The notes under the pieces were generated by a model. That model worked only from the letters and a program-made list of their open reading frames with translations, searched no databases and was not told the DNA's origin. 61,249 bases of DNA from the IMG/VR virus record IMGVR_UViG_3300009419_000019, positions 1 through 61,249 of that record. One strand, given 5' to 3'. The position numbers and the translations under genes are program-made. This document shows, piece after piece, positions 29,621-39,050 of the stretch (its first letter is position 1; each line of letters starts with the position of its first letter). Source of the stretch: a virus (Duplodnaviria > Caudoviricetes).

Positions 29621-30304
29621 ATGGCCAACTTGACACCTACCCCCGACGAGAACGCAGATGTCTTCCAGTGGGATGGCCAAACGCCACTTATCGGTGGCTC
29701 GCCTACGGCACCGTTGAACCGTCAGGCACAAGCACTGCTGAATCGCATCGCTGGTGTGAAGGCGACACTGACGACAGCGATTGCCACAGTTGCATCGGCA
29801 GCACAGTCGGCTCAAGACGCAGTGCAACTGTTCCTTGGTTACCGGCAACTTGCGCAGATTCAGCGGTTCTCAACAGGTGCATTTGCATCCGGGACAACCC
29901 GTTTCAATTACGACAACACCGTTCCTCTGAGCAACGAAGGTGATCAGTACCTAAGTGTGACGATCCCGCCTCAAGACGCGAACAGTACATTGACGGTGAA
30001 GGTTCTGCTGAACTTCGGCATTAACGTCAGCGCCACAGCGGCAGTTGCCTTGTATGTTGACGACGAAACAGAAGCTCGTGCTGTGACAGCGAAGACATTG
30101 CCCAACAACGGGGACTCTGCCGGTCAGATGCTTCTCAGCTTCTCGATGGTTGCTGGTTCAACGTCTCCGAAGACGTTTAAGGTTCGCGCTGGTATTTTGG
30201 GTGCGCCTGTAGGCACTTTCTCAATCAACGGACTACCGAACCTTGGCGCGACATTTGGCGGGAAGATGATTTCATCCATCGAAGTTAAGGAGTATTTGCC
30301 ATGA
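29621..30304 (+). CDS. Tail fibre protein with myovirus-type N-terminus
   Basis: MANLT...Q...GG....NRQAQALLNR matches the common myovirus fibre N-terminal pattern; beta-rich C-terminus. Confidence 0.65.
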   Translation: MANLTPTPDENADVFQWDGQTPLIGGSPTAPLNRQAQALLNRIAGVKATLTTAIATVASAAQSAQDAVQLFLGYRQLAQIQRFSTGAFASGTTRFNYDNTVPLSNEGDQYLSVTIPPQDANSTLTVKVLLNFGINVSATAAVALYVDDETEARAVTAKTLPNNGDSAGQMLLSFSMVAGSTSPKTFKVRAGILGAPVGTFSINGLPNLGATFGGKMISSIEVKEYLP

Positions 30305-30567
30305 GCTACAAAGTCGTGATCGCCCAAGATGGTTCGGTGAAAGCATGTGGGCCAAACGTGCCTGAGTACGCACCCCATGTCCCAGCGGGTTGCCAGCTTG
30401 TTGTGCGTGACACAGTGAGCCTCGTCACCCTTGACCCGACTGCGCAGATCGCAGCCATCGAGGCAACGATCACACCTCGTCGCATGCGTGAAGCTGTGCT
30501 TGGCACAGACAACGGTTGGCTTGCCGCCGTGGATGCACAGATCGCTTCTTTGCGTTCACAGCTTTGA
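30301..30567 (+). CDS. Putative tail fibre assembly chaperone
   Basis: QIAAIEA..TPRRMREAVLG...WLAAVDAQIASLR; directly follows the fibre gene. Confidence 0.6.
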   Translation: MSYKVVIAQDGSVKACGPNVPEYAPHVPAGCQLVVRDTVSLVTLDPTAQIAAIEATITPRRMREAVLGTDNGWLAAVDAQIASLRSQL

Positions 30568-30587
30568 ACTGAGTCAGGGTCTAGCCT

Positions 30588-32291
30588 GTGGCCAATCGCA
30601 TCATCCACACCAACTACGGACTGCGGGCGCTGGGTCGTGCCTTGCCATCCCTGACCCCTATCACTGTTGCCAACGTAGCCGTTGGTGCGGGTGTCACAGA
30701 TCCAGATCGTGCAGCTACCGGGCTTGTCGATGAACGCTTTCGCTTGCCACCAGCGTTCGTGTACTACGCCGACAGCGAGACGCTCGAAGTCATCATCGAA
30801 GTGATCCTGCCGGTGACGACAACGCAGTTCACCCCGCGTGAAGTTGCTCTGTTCGATTCAACAGGCGGTTGCCTCGCGGTCGGTGAGTTGAATCGCTTTA
30901 CCAAGCTGCCTGATGACCGCATGCGCATTCGCATGCACTTGGCCTTGCCGAAGAACGGTCTGATCGCAACCAGCAGCGGTGTCGTTGGTGACCCCAAGCG
31001 CATCGAGTTCGCACCGGGCACCCTGGTTGATCGTGAGTTCGTGGCCAACACGATGGCACTGCTCTACAACCGCGATGCCGTCACACCGGAGGTGGTCAAG
31101 ATCGAGAGCGTCACCGACAGCGCGATCACCCTCACTGACGCACCAACACGCTTTTGGCCCTCTGGCTCACGGCTTGCGCCACTGCGCGTTGCACGGTTCG
31201 ATGCGCTGCCACAGATCGCCAATATGACGGATCGTGTGGGCACAAGCACTGCCCGCTTTGAGTTGCTTGAGAACTCGCCATACGAGCCGGTTGAGGATTG
31301 GGGCTACTGCGCACCCGTCTTCAACTTCCCGCTTGATTGGGCGGACTCCGTGACCGTGAGCCACGACCGCAACGTCAGCATGGTTGAGAGCGTCATGGGT
31401 GATCGGCACATTGTCGATCCAGGCCAGCGTGATCGAGTGATGACGCGTGCTGGTCTCAAGCTCATTGGTCGTGAGCAGGCTTGGGCCTTCCGTCGCTTCC
31501 TCTCGGCTGCACGCGGCAAGACCGTTCGTTTTTGGGCACCGTCGTTCACCATGGACATCGAGCCCATCGGTGCCATCAGTGGTGACTCCTTCGTTGCACG
31601 AGACACCGGCTTTACCGAAGCCTTCGTCAAGCCACAAGACAGCCGCTTGATGATCGCCATCGTCTTCACGGACGGTCGGCCCACGCTGTACCGCAAGCTC
31701 ACTGGCGTCGTGCGCGTGCTCACGGGTGAGCGGTTCTACCTCGAAGTGCCGCTGCCGCTGATCAAGCGTGAGGACATCGACAGCGTGCAGTTCATGATCC
31801 CCTCGCGCTTCGATCAAGACACGTTCGAGTTCCGCCACCACGTCGATGACAGCAAAGCCGTGTCCACGTCTGTCGTGCTCAAGTCGTGCGATGTGACGGG
31901 CATGCCGGTCATCGAGTGCTTCACGACATCGAAGCCGTACCCGATCCATTCGAGCGAGATGATCGTAAGTGGCATGACGGTCACAGGCGGCTTGCTGCAA
32001 GAGGTGGCACCACCGTTCGCCGGTATCGCGCCAAACATGAACGTCTCAGGTGGCCAGCTTGTCGAGCCCCTGACGGACATGAGCTTCGAGCCTGAAGCCA
32101 TGGACGTTGGCGTCAGCGTCACAGGCGGCACGCTCGCGGCATCGCTCACGCAGATCACGGCAGAGCCAGATGGCATCGTCGTCCTCATGGACGTGTCGAG
32201 CGGTCAACTCAAGAACGCCCTCATCACGATCACCGACGAGCCACACGGGCTCGAAACTTCTCTCAGCGTTACCGGAGGTACATTGGAATGA
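30588..32291 (+). CDS. Fusion: P2 gpH-like collar domain (DUF3751-like) plus C-terminal half of distal tail protein
   Basis: N-terminal TNYG..AVGAG...REVALFD..G...AVG; then EVVKIESV..WPSGSRLAPLRVAR..ARGKTVRFWAPS..RFDQDTFE. Confidence 0.65.
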   Translation: MANRIIHTNYGLRALGRALPSLTPITVANVAVGAGVTDPDRAATGLVDERFRLPPAFVYYADSETLEVIIEVILPVTTTQFTPREVALFDSTGGCLAVGELNRFTKLPDDRMRIRMHLALPKNGLIATSSGVVGDPKRIEFAPGTLVDREFVANTMALLYNRDAVTPEVVKIESVTDSAITLTDAPTRFWPSGSRLAPLRVARFDALPQIANMTDRVGTSTARFELLENSPYEPVEDWGYCAPVFNFPLDWADSVTVSHDRNVSMVESVMGDRHIVDPGQRDRVMTRAGLKLIGREQAWAFRRFLSAARGKTVRFWAPSFTMDIEPIGAISGDSFVARDTGFTEAFVKPQDSRLMIAIVFTDGRPTLYRKLTGVVRVLTGERFYLEVPLPLIKREDIDSVQFMIPSRFDQDTFEFRHHVDDSKAVSTSVVLKSCDVTGMPVIECFTTSKPYPIHSSEMIVSGMTVTGGLLQEVAPPFAGIAPNMNVSGGQLVEPLTDMSFEPEAMDVGVSVTGGTLAASLTQITAEPDGIVVLMDVSSGQLKNALITITDEPHGLETSLSVTGGTLE

Positions 32292-33187
32292 ACCATGCAA
32301 ACGTCAATTTCGCAGGACGCTACAAGCTCACTGCCACCAAGCCCGATGGCACTCAACGAGTTCTGTCCGATTGGTTCAACAACCTTGTGCTGCTCAACGG
32401 TCTGAACCGCATCGGCACTGGCGGCATCATGTCGATGGCCCATGTCGGTTCAGGCTCGTCAGCACCGGCCTTCGGTGAGAGCTTGCTGAGCAACCTCATC
32501 GGTACATCCGAGAACGTGCCGGGTGCTGACATCACGGGCACGAACCTCGGTGAAGGCTATGCCTACTGCCGACGCACCTTCCGCTTCCCGGCTGGCACGG
32601 CCACGGGGAACATCTCGGAGGTGGGCGTGGGCTGGGCATCCAACCAACTGTTCAGTCGTGCCCTGGTCAAAGACGGTGCTGGTGATCCAACCACGGTGAC
32701 CGTGCTTGCCGATGAGGTGCTCGACCTCGTGTACGAGCTTCGGGTCTACTGGCCAACGACAGACAACACCACGACCGTGACCCTCGGTGGCGTGGGCTAC
32801 AGCGTCACGGTGCGTGCAAGCGACGTTGACCAGTGGGCGACAGGCACGTCCATGTTTGCTTACCTGTTGGCCAACGGTGTGACCAACGGGCTTCAAGACG
32901 TGTTGGGCTACAACGGGAGCTTGGGCACGATCACAGAAGGCCCCGGTGGTGACTTCGTTGGTCGCCCTGCCGTGAAGACCTTCGACGGCTCGTACTCGAA
33001 CAACAGCCAAGAGCGCAACATGAAGCTGGTCGCTGGCCTGGGTGACATCACCGAGTCGGTCAGTGCGTTCAACGTGATCTGCCCATTGGGTGTGTTCAAG
33101 ATGGGCTTCACCCCGCCGATCCCCAAGACCGGCAGCAACATCCTGACGATCAACTTCCGCCTGTCCTGGGCTCAGAAGGAAATCTGA
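32288..33187 (+). CDS. Minor tail structural protein
   Basis: DWFNNLVL.NGLNRIG, RFPAGTATGNISEVG, LFSRALVKD..GDPTTVTVL.DEVLD. Confidence 0.75.
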   Translation: MNHANVNFAGRYKLTATKPDGTQRVLSDWFNNLVLLNGLNRIGTGGIMSMAHVGSGSSAPAFGESLLSNLIGTSENVPGADITGTNLGEGYAYCRRTFRFPAGTATGNISEVGVGWASNQLFSRALVKDGAGDPTTVTVLADEVLDLVYELRVYWPTTDNTTTVTLGGVGYSVTVRASDVDQWATGTSMFAYLLANGVTNGLQDVLGYNGSLGTITEGPGGDFVGRPAVKTFDGSYSNNSQERNMKLVAGLGDITESVSAFNVICPLGVFKMGFTPPIPKTGSNILTINFRLSWAQKEI

Positions 33188-33780
33188 TGCTGCCGTCAAA
33201 CGCACCATCTGCCTTCCCACTGCCGGGGCGCTTCTTGAGCCCCGATGATCGCGTCACGGGTGATCTGATTGACCATGAGCGGGGCGGCATCGGATTGAAC
33301 GACGCCAGCCTTGGTCGTGACGTGCAGGAGTGGTCTTGTTGGTACGACGGCGTTGAGGTGATCGCTGCCCCTGACGGTGGCCAGCAGTACCAGCTTTTCA
33401 CGCATGCCGGGATCGAGCAACTGAGCTTCACGTTCGATCAGAACATGCGCCCCCTGGTTGTGTTCATCGCCGCTGGCGAGACTAAGTTGTGGTGGTATGA
33501 CCCGATGGCATCGGCCTACGTGTCCACCAGCTTTGGCACCAGCTTCAAGAGCCCACGCTTGGCCATGGATGACAAACGTGCGATGGCCACAAGCACATCG
33601 GACGTGATCTTCGCTTACATTCGCTATGACAGCGGTTCATCCTCCCACGCTCTGTGTTACCGGCAGCAGCGGGATCGCTATCAGACCGAGCGTGTACTGC
33701 GCACGGGCCTCTCGTCGAGGACGCGCTTGAAGAACATCGGCATGTCCTCAAACCTGCGCTTCCAGTTTGAGTTGGTGTGA
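33187..33780 (+). CDS. Minor tail structural protein
   Basis: FTFDQNMRP, LWWYD, DDKR and YRQQRDRY motifs of siphovirus tail-tip modules. Confidence 0.75.
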   Translation: MLPSNAPSAFPLPGRFLSPDDRVTGDLIDHERGGIGLNDASLGRDVQEWSCWYDGVEVIAAPDGGQQYQLFTHAGIEQLSFTFDQNMRPLVVFIAAGETKLWWYDPMASAYVSTSFGTSFKSPRLAMDDKRAMATSTSDVIFAYIRYDSGSSSHALCYRQQRDRYQTERVLRTGLSSRTRLKNIGMSSNLRFQFELV

Positions 33781-33783
33781 CCC

Positions 33784-34617
33784 ATGACCTTCAACGCCTA
33801 CGAAACATCCACAGAGGGTGGACGCCCCATCCGGTGTTACCGCTTCATGTTCGACGATCTGAGCAAGGTCTTCGGCTACACCTCATGCGACACCGAGCAG
33901 TTCATTGACGACGGCACCACGCAAGTGTGGTGCGTGCCCGTGGCCATCAAGGACGACGGTGTGAAGTTCTCGGGCGACAAGGTGGCCGACACGATCAACA
34001 TCACAGCGGCATCGGAGATTGAGCCCGCACAGTGGTTCCGTCGCACCCCACCCTCGACAGCCGTGCGCGTGACGATCCACGACCGGCACGTTGGCGACAA
34101 CGAGTTCACGATCACCTACGTCGGTGAGATCCGTGAGGCCAGCTTCGACAGCCCTGGCCAAGTCAAGTTCGCAGTCAGCGAGATCGGTGCGTCCCTGGAT
34201 CGAGAAGGCTTGCGTCTGTGCTGGCAACGCACCTGTCCTCACACCGTCTACGACCCCACCAACTGCAAAGTCAACCCGGTGCTCTGGCAGACCTCCATCG
34301 TGGTCACCGACATCTCGGCATCAGGCATCACCGTTGAGGGGCTTGGTGGTCTCCCTGATCACAAATTCGACGGTGGTTTCATCACGTTTGAGCACCCGGT
34401 CAAAGGGTCGATGAGCCTGACGGTGCGCTCGCATGTCGGGAACACGCTTCAGATTTTCGAGGGCACGGGTGACATCCTCCCTGGCGTCTCGGCTTTCGTG
34501 CACCCCGGATGCAACCACACACCCGATGCCTGCACAGCGTTTGGGAACTACCCCAATTACGGTGGCGTGCGCTCTCTTCCCGGCAAGTCACCGTTCGACG
34601 GCAACCCCGTGTTCTAA
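33784..34617 (+). CDS. Baseplate hub protein (DUF2163/BR0599-like, Cys-rich)
   Basis: WQRTCPHTVYD..C, PGCNH...C..FGN..NYGG...PGKSPF. Confidence 0.85.
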   Translation: MTFNAYETSTEGGRPIRCYRFMFDDLSKVFGYTSCDTEQFIDDGTTQVWCVPVAIKDDGVKFSGDKVADTINITAASEIEPAQWFRRTPPSTAVRVTIHDRHVGDNEFTITYVGEIREASFDSPGQVKFAVSEIGASLDREGLRLCWQRTCPHTVYDPTNCKVNPVLWQTSIVVTDISASGITVEGLGGLPDHKFDGGFITFEHPVKGSMSLTVRSHVGNTLQIFEGTGDILPGVSAFVHPGCNHTPDACTAFGNYPNYGGVRSLPGKSPFDGNPVF

Positions 34618-34626
34618 GGAGCCATC

Positions 34627-34866
34627 ATGCATATTGCAATCTACGTGGCCATCGTCATTGCCACATACCTCATCACTGCGGCGCTGACGCCCAAGGCAAA
34701 GCCGCAGCCCCCCACAGCGTTCGAGGACATCGACTTCCCCCAGGTTGACGAGGGCACACCGCAAGCTGTGATCTTCGGTGATTGCTGGTCAGGCGATTGG
34801 GTCGTGCTTGCCGTTGGCAACTACCGCACTGAGGCTGTGCGTTCCAGCGGTGGGGGCAAGAAGTGA
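34627..34866 (+). CDS. Small tail assembly protein
   Basis: Hydrophobic N-terminus, FPQVDEGTPQAVIFGDCW. Confidence 0.8.
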   Translation: MHIAIYVAIVIATYLITAALTPKAKPQPPTAFEDIDFPQVDEGTPQAVIFGDCWSGDWVVLAVGNYRTEAVRSSGGGKK

Positions 34867-35075
34867 GCGAGCCAATCATCGTGACCGTTGCCGACGTGCG
34901 TGCGTGCAACCTGTGCGTGCGTGGTGCCCGTCAGTGGTTCAGCCTGCATGGTTTGGACTTCTCGACGTTCCTCATCCACGGCTACCCCATTGAAACCATC
35001 GAAGCCACGAACGATGCCTTGGGCACGAAAGTGGCCACGTATGCACGTGCTCGTGCAGCAGGAGAAGAAGCATGA
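34863..35075 (+). CDS. Small tail assembly protein
   Basis: CVRGARQWF..HGLDFSTFL..G pattern. Confidence 0.8.
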   Translation: MSEPIIVTVADVRACNLCVRGARQWFSLHGLDFSTFLIHGYPIETIEATNDALGTKVATYARARAAGEEA

Positions 35076-36664
35076 GCCGTTGGCATCGTCATGAGTGGGA
35101 CATGCTGCCCGAGCGGGCTTTCCAACCCCGTGGGCCACATGGCCAGATGACCCTTGAAGGTGGGGGCGGTGGTGGCGGTGGCTCACAAGTCATTGGCTAT
35201 CGCTACTCCTTTGGCATCCACATGGGTGTGTGCCGTGGCCCTGTTGATGAACTCGTGGCCATCCGTGTCGGTGACAAGTCGGCATGGACAGGCAGTGTCA
35301 CGGGCTCAGGTTACTTCCCGATCAACAACTACAACCTGTTCGGTGGTGACAAGGGCGAGGGTGGCATCCAGGGTGAGGCCCATGCGATGTTCGGTCATCC
35401 TGCCCAATCGAGCTTGCCCCAGCTTGAGGCAATGACGGGTGTGGCACAGCCTGCCTTTCGCGGCATGTTCACCTTCTTCTTCGACGGCATCATCTCTGCG
35501 ATCAACCCGTACCCGAAAGCGTGGAAGCTGCGCGTTCGCCGGATCATCCAGGGCTGGCAAGCTGACACGCTGCCCACCTGGGCCTTGAGCTACGCCAAGA
35601 TCGTCATGGTGCCGTCTGACGCTGCTGCGTTGGGCACCGGCTACGGGGACACGGACATCCATGCGATGAACCCTGCCCTGATCATCTACGAGTGCCTGAC
35701 CAACCGTGAGTGGGGTCGAGGTTTTCACCCAAGCGCACTCGACACCGAGGGCACGTTCCGCCAAGCCGCACAGACCTTGTACGAAGAAGGCTTCGGCATG
35801 TGCATCAAGTGGTCGCGCAAGGACTCGATCAAGTCGTTCATTCAGGGTGTGCTCGATCACATTGCAGGCACGCTCTACACGGATCGCACGAGCGGTCTGA
35901 TCAAGCTGCGGCTGATCCGTGACGACTATGACCGTGACACGTTGCCGCTGTTCACACCCGAGAGCGGGTTGTTGGAGATCACAGGCAACACGGTCAGCAA
36001 CAGCGGTGAGTCGGTCAACGAGATCCAAGTCAAGTACCGGCACCCGGTGACCAACGAGATGCGGATCGTTCGCACTGACAGCCTCGGTGCGATCCGTGCT
36101 GCCGGTGGCGTCAACAACCCGAGCACCCGTGACTACCCTGGCTTGCCGACAGCAGAGCTTGCCTTGCGCGTGGCTGAGCGTGACTTGCGCACCGTGGCCA
36201 CCTCGCTTCGCCGCTACTCCTTCACGCTAGATCGCCGGGGCTACGCGATCTACCCTGGCCAAGCCATTCGCATCGCTGACCCGTCAACGCTGGTGCCCGA
36301 CACCGTGGTGCGCGTTGGCAAGCTCGACGACGACTTCGAGAGTGGTCGCATCAAGGTCACAGCCGTGCAAGACGTGTTCGGTCTGCCGTCTGAGAGCTTT
36401 GGTGGCACGGTGGGTCAGACGTGGACGCCACCTGACAACAAGCCCTGCTTGTCGTATCACCGTGTTGTCGAGGCTCCGTACTTCATGGTTGCCCGCAACA
36501 CGTCGGCTGCTGACTTCGCCTACGTCGATACAACGTCGGCGGGCATGCTGACGATGTGCAACGAAGGCAAGCCACTCAACGGTGCTTATGACATGGCCGT
36601 TCGCATCGGTGGCTCCACCACGGACGACAACCCGCCTGATGGCTCCTACAACTGCCCGATCTGA
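35072..36664 (+). CDS. Central tail tip protein, N-terminal part
   Basis: GYRY.FGIHMG..RGPVD, LFGGDKGEGG, NPYPKAW, MNPALIIYECLTNREWG, LIRDDYD. Confidence 0.85.
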   Translation: MSRWHRHEWDMLPERAFQPRGPHGQMTLEGGGGGGGGSQVIGYRYSFGIHMGVCRGPVDELVAIRVGDKSAWTGSVTGSGYFPINNYNLFGGDKGEGGIQGEAHAMFGHPAQSSLPQLEAMTGVAQPAFRGMFTFFFDGIISAINPYPKAWKLRVRRIIQGWQADTLPTWALSYAKIVMVPSDAAALGTGYGDTDIHAMNPALIIYECLTNREWGRGFHPSALDTEGTFRQAAQTLYEEGFGMCIKWSRKDSIKSFIQGVLDHIAGTLYTDRTSGLIKLRLIRDDYDRDTLPLFTPESGLLEITGNTVSNSGESVNEIQVKYRHPVTNEMRIVRTDSLGAIRAAGGVNNPSTRDYPGLPTAELALRVAERDLRTVATSLRRYSFTLDRRGYAIYPGQAIRIADPSTLVPDTVVRVGKLDDDFESGRIKVTAVQDVFGLPSESFGGTVGQTWTPPDNKPCLSYHRVVEAPYFMVARNTSAADFAYVDTTSAGMLTMCNEGKPLNGAYDMAVRIGGSTTDDNPPDGSYNCPI

Positions 36665-36666
36665 TC

Positions 36667-37489
36667 ATGGCCACCTCCGACTACACCGTCACCGCTACCT
36701 CGATCCCGTTCTGCCCGAACGCGGCCTTGTCGTCTGCCATTGCCCCACTGACCACGGTCATCCCGATCACGGGCTACCGATCTGCCGGCATTGAGGAAGT
36801 CGTTGCCGGTGAGGCTGCGATGATCAACGACGAGATCGTTCGCATCGAGAGCTTCAGCCCTGTCTCGATCACCGTGGCCCGTGGCTGCGCTGACACGATC
36901 CCCCAGGCGCACGCAGCAGGCTCGACCATCTGGTTCTTCGACGACAGCTTCGGCAATGACGCTCGTGAGTACGCCGGGTCTGAGACCATCGCTGTGAAGT
37001 TGCTTCCGAAAACGGCCAGTGCCCAGGTGCCCATTGCCAACAGCACACCGGCCAATGTGACGTTCAACTTCCGCTTTGCCCGTCCTTACGCACCCGGCAA
37101 GGTCGAGGTCGATGGTGAGCCGTTCACTGCCGTGAGCATCGTTGGCCCTGCCAATCCTGCTTTGAACCTGACCTGGGCGCACCGTGATCGCGTCAGCCAG
37201 TTTGACCAGTTGATCGACCACAGCATGAGCAGCGTCGGCCCCGAGGCTGGCACGACGTATGTTGTGAAGGTCTACAAGGCTGACAACACGCTCGTGCGCA
37301 CCGTCTCAGCCATCACCGGGACATCCTGGGGATTACCCCTTGGCCACGGCGAGAAGTGACTTCGGGATCACGGTGGGTGCCGGTGCTGCGTTGACAGCCG
37401 GCTACCTCACGCTTGAGTCCGTGCGCGACGGCTACGTCTCGTGGCAGAAATACCGGGTTGAGTTCCAAGTCAGTAACGCCGCAAGTTGA
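36667..37489 (+). CDS. Tail tip protein, C-terminal part; frameshifted at the G4 run 37328-37331
   Basis: ARGCADTIP..H and LTWAHRDR; ORF stops at 37359, but the +1 frame continues to the expected LESVRDGYVSWQ C-terminus and TGA at 37489. Confidence 0.75.
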
Positions 37490-37573
37490 TTTTTGCGGGT
37501 GTTGGAAAAACGCAGCTTGTGCGTACAATGAGCGTCCAAATGGTTGATTCGTCAACATAACTTTGGAACGCCT

Positions 37574-37996
37574 ATGCAAAACAGCCAGCTTAATCCGGTG
37601 GAAGCGATGGTGGCGTTGCTCTTGCTGGTCTTCTCACCGGAAGCTGCCAAGATCATCGGCCCCTACGCAGTGATCATCCTCTCCGCGACGACGGGAGCCG
37701 CTTGGTCTCTCGGTCGCAGGCAACCGACAGAGCGCAATGGGGCGCTGTTCTTCATCTGCAAGATCATCTTCACGGCTTGCTTGATCACCGTGGCCCTGGC
37801 TGTACTGCTGACGGGCTACTTCAAACTCAACATCGACATCACTTGGTTGCTTGCCCCCATCGGCTTGCTCATCGGCGGTGTTGGCGAGGATTGGAATGAT
37901 CTGATCAAGTGGGTTTGGAGCAAGGTCAAGAACAACATTCCGGGTTTGAAATCGGATGTTCAGGGTGCCACAGGAGATGACAATGCACAGCGTTGA
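37574..37996 (+). CDS. Holin-like membrane protein
   Basis: Several hydrophobic segments; first gene of the lysis cassette. Confidence 0.65.
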   Translation: MQNSQLNPVEAMVALLLLVFSPEAAKIIGPYAVIILSATTGAAWSLGRRQPTERNGALFFICKIIFTACLITVALAVLLTGYFKLNIDITWLLAPIGLLIGGVGEDWNDLIKWVWSKVKNNIPGLKSDVQGATGDDNAQR

Positions 37997-38282
37997 ACTT
38001 TGGGCCTCTGCGAATCTGACCATCTGTGCAGGCTGCTTTTGGGCTTGCGTGTGCCGCCTCAACACGATGACGTGTGCGGTGCCCAAGAAGGTCCGACTCC
38101 AATTCGTCTTGATTCTCGTCGGTGCGATGGCCAGTGGCCTTCAGCCGGTGTTGTTTCAACAGTGGCCGGGAGTGGGGCAAACCCTGTTCTCGGCTGCTGT
38201 CTTTCTCGGTCTGCTGTTGTCCATGTCGAGATGGCGTGACGGGCCACCTGAAGACCTCATCTGCAAGGGAGAGCGCAAATGA
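37983..38282 (+). CDS. Second holin / antiholin-like membrane protein
   Basis: About three hydrophobic segments; directly before the endolysin. Confidence 0.6.
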   Translation: MHSVELWASANLTICAGCFWACVCRLNTMTCAVPKKVRLQFVLILVGAMASGLQPVLFQQWPGVGQTLFSAAVFLGLLLSMSRWRDGPPEDLICKGERK

Positions 38283-38710
38283 CTCAGATCACCTTGGCCC
38301 AGTACTGGATGGGTCGTGATGGCACAAACCCGTTCGATCTCAGCACGCAGATCCGCAAGAACGCTGAAGTGCTGCTGGCGCTGGTCAACAAACTCATCGC
38401 TGTGGCCGAAGCTGACGGTGTGCAGTTCCACATCAACCCGGTGCGCAAGAGCAATTTGACGAGCGGTTGGCGTCCACCATCGGTTAACGCCACCACCAAG
38501 GGTGCGGCTGTGAACTCACTTCACATGACCGGCCAAGCGGTTGACGTGTACGACCCTGACGGTGACTTCGACGAGTGGCTCATGAGTGACCGTGGCCAGC
38601 AAGCGATGAAAGACCTGGGAATTTGGCATGAGCATCCAGCCGCCACAAAAGGCTGGACGCATTTGCAATCCAAGCCGCCCAAGTCCGGTCGTCGCACCTT
38701 CTACCCATGA
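38279..38710 (+). CDS. Endolysin, peptidase M15 family
   Basis: SGWRP..N....GA..S.H..G.AVD and W.H Zn-peptidase motifs. Confidence 0.85.
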   Translation: MTQITLAQYWMGRDGTNPFDLSTQIRKNAEVLLALVNKLIAVAEADGVQFHINPVRKSNLTSGWRPPSVNATTKGAAVNSLHMTGQAVDVYDPDGDFDEWLMSDRGQQAMKDLGIWHEHPAATKGWTHLQSKPPKSGRRTFYP

Positions 38711-38718
38711 GACCAACC

Positions 38719-39042
38719 ATGAGCTACAAAGGCAAAGGTGTCTATCACGCTGGCCCTGGTGGCATTGAAAAGCCGGGTGACTTTGGTTGGCGAATTGATA
38801 TTGGCCGCGAACAAGTGGATGGCATTCAGCGAGACGCTGTTGCCCAGGTGACATTTGTGCAGCACTGCCCGAAGTATGGAGTGTGCATGATCAAGGTTCA
38901 TCAAGCTCCACCAGATCAGGCTAAAGCCATTTGGCAGTGGGACGGCAATTGGGAAGCTCCTACGATTAACCCATCTATCGGGTGTGACAACGCACCGCGA
39001 TGTGGATCACACCGAACCATTGTGTGCGGTGTACCAACCTGA
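38719..39042 (+). CDS. DUF6527-like Cys/His protein
   Basis: HCP..G, WQWDGNWEAPTINPSI, C..H...G pattern. Confidence 0.55.
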   Translation: MSYKGKGVYHAGPGGIEKPGDFGWRIDIGREQVDGIQRDAVAQVTFVQHCPKYGVCMIKVHQAPPDQAKAIWQWDGNWEAPTINPSIGCDNAPRCGSHRTIVCGVPT

Positions 39043-39050
39043 GACCAACC

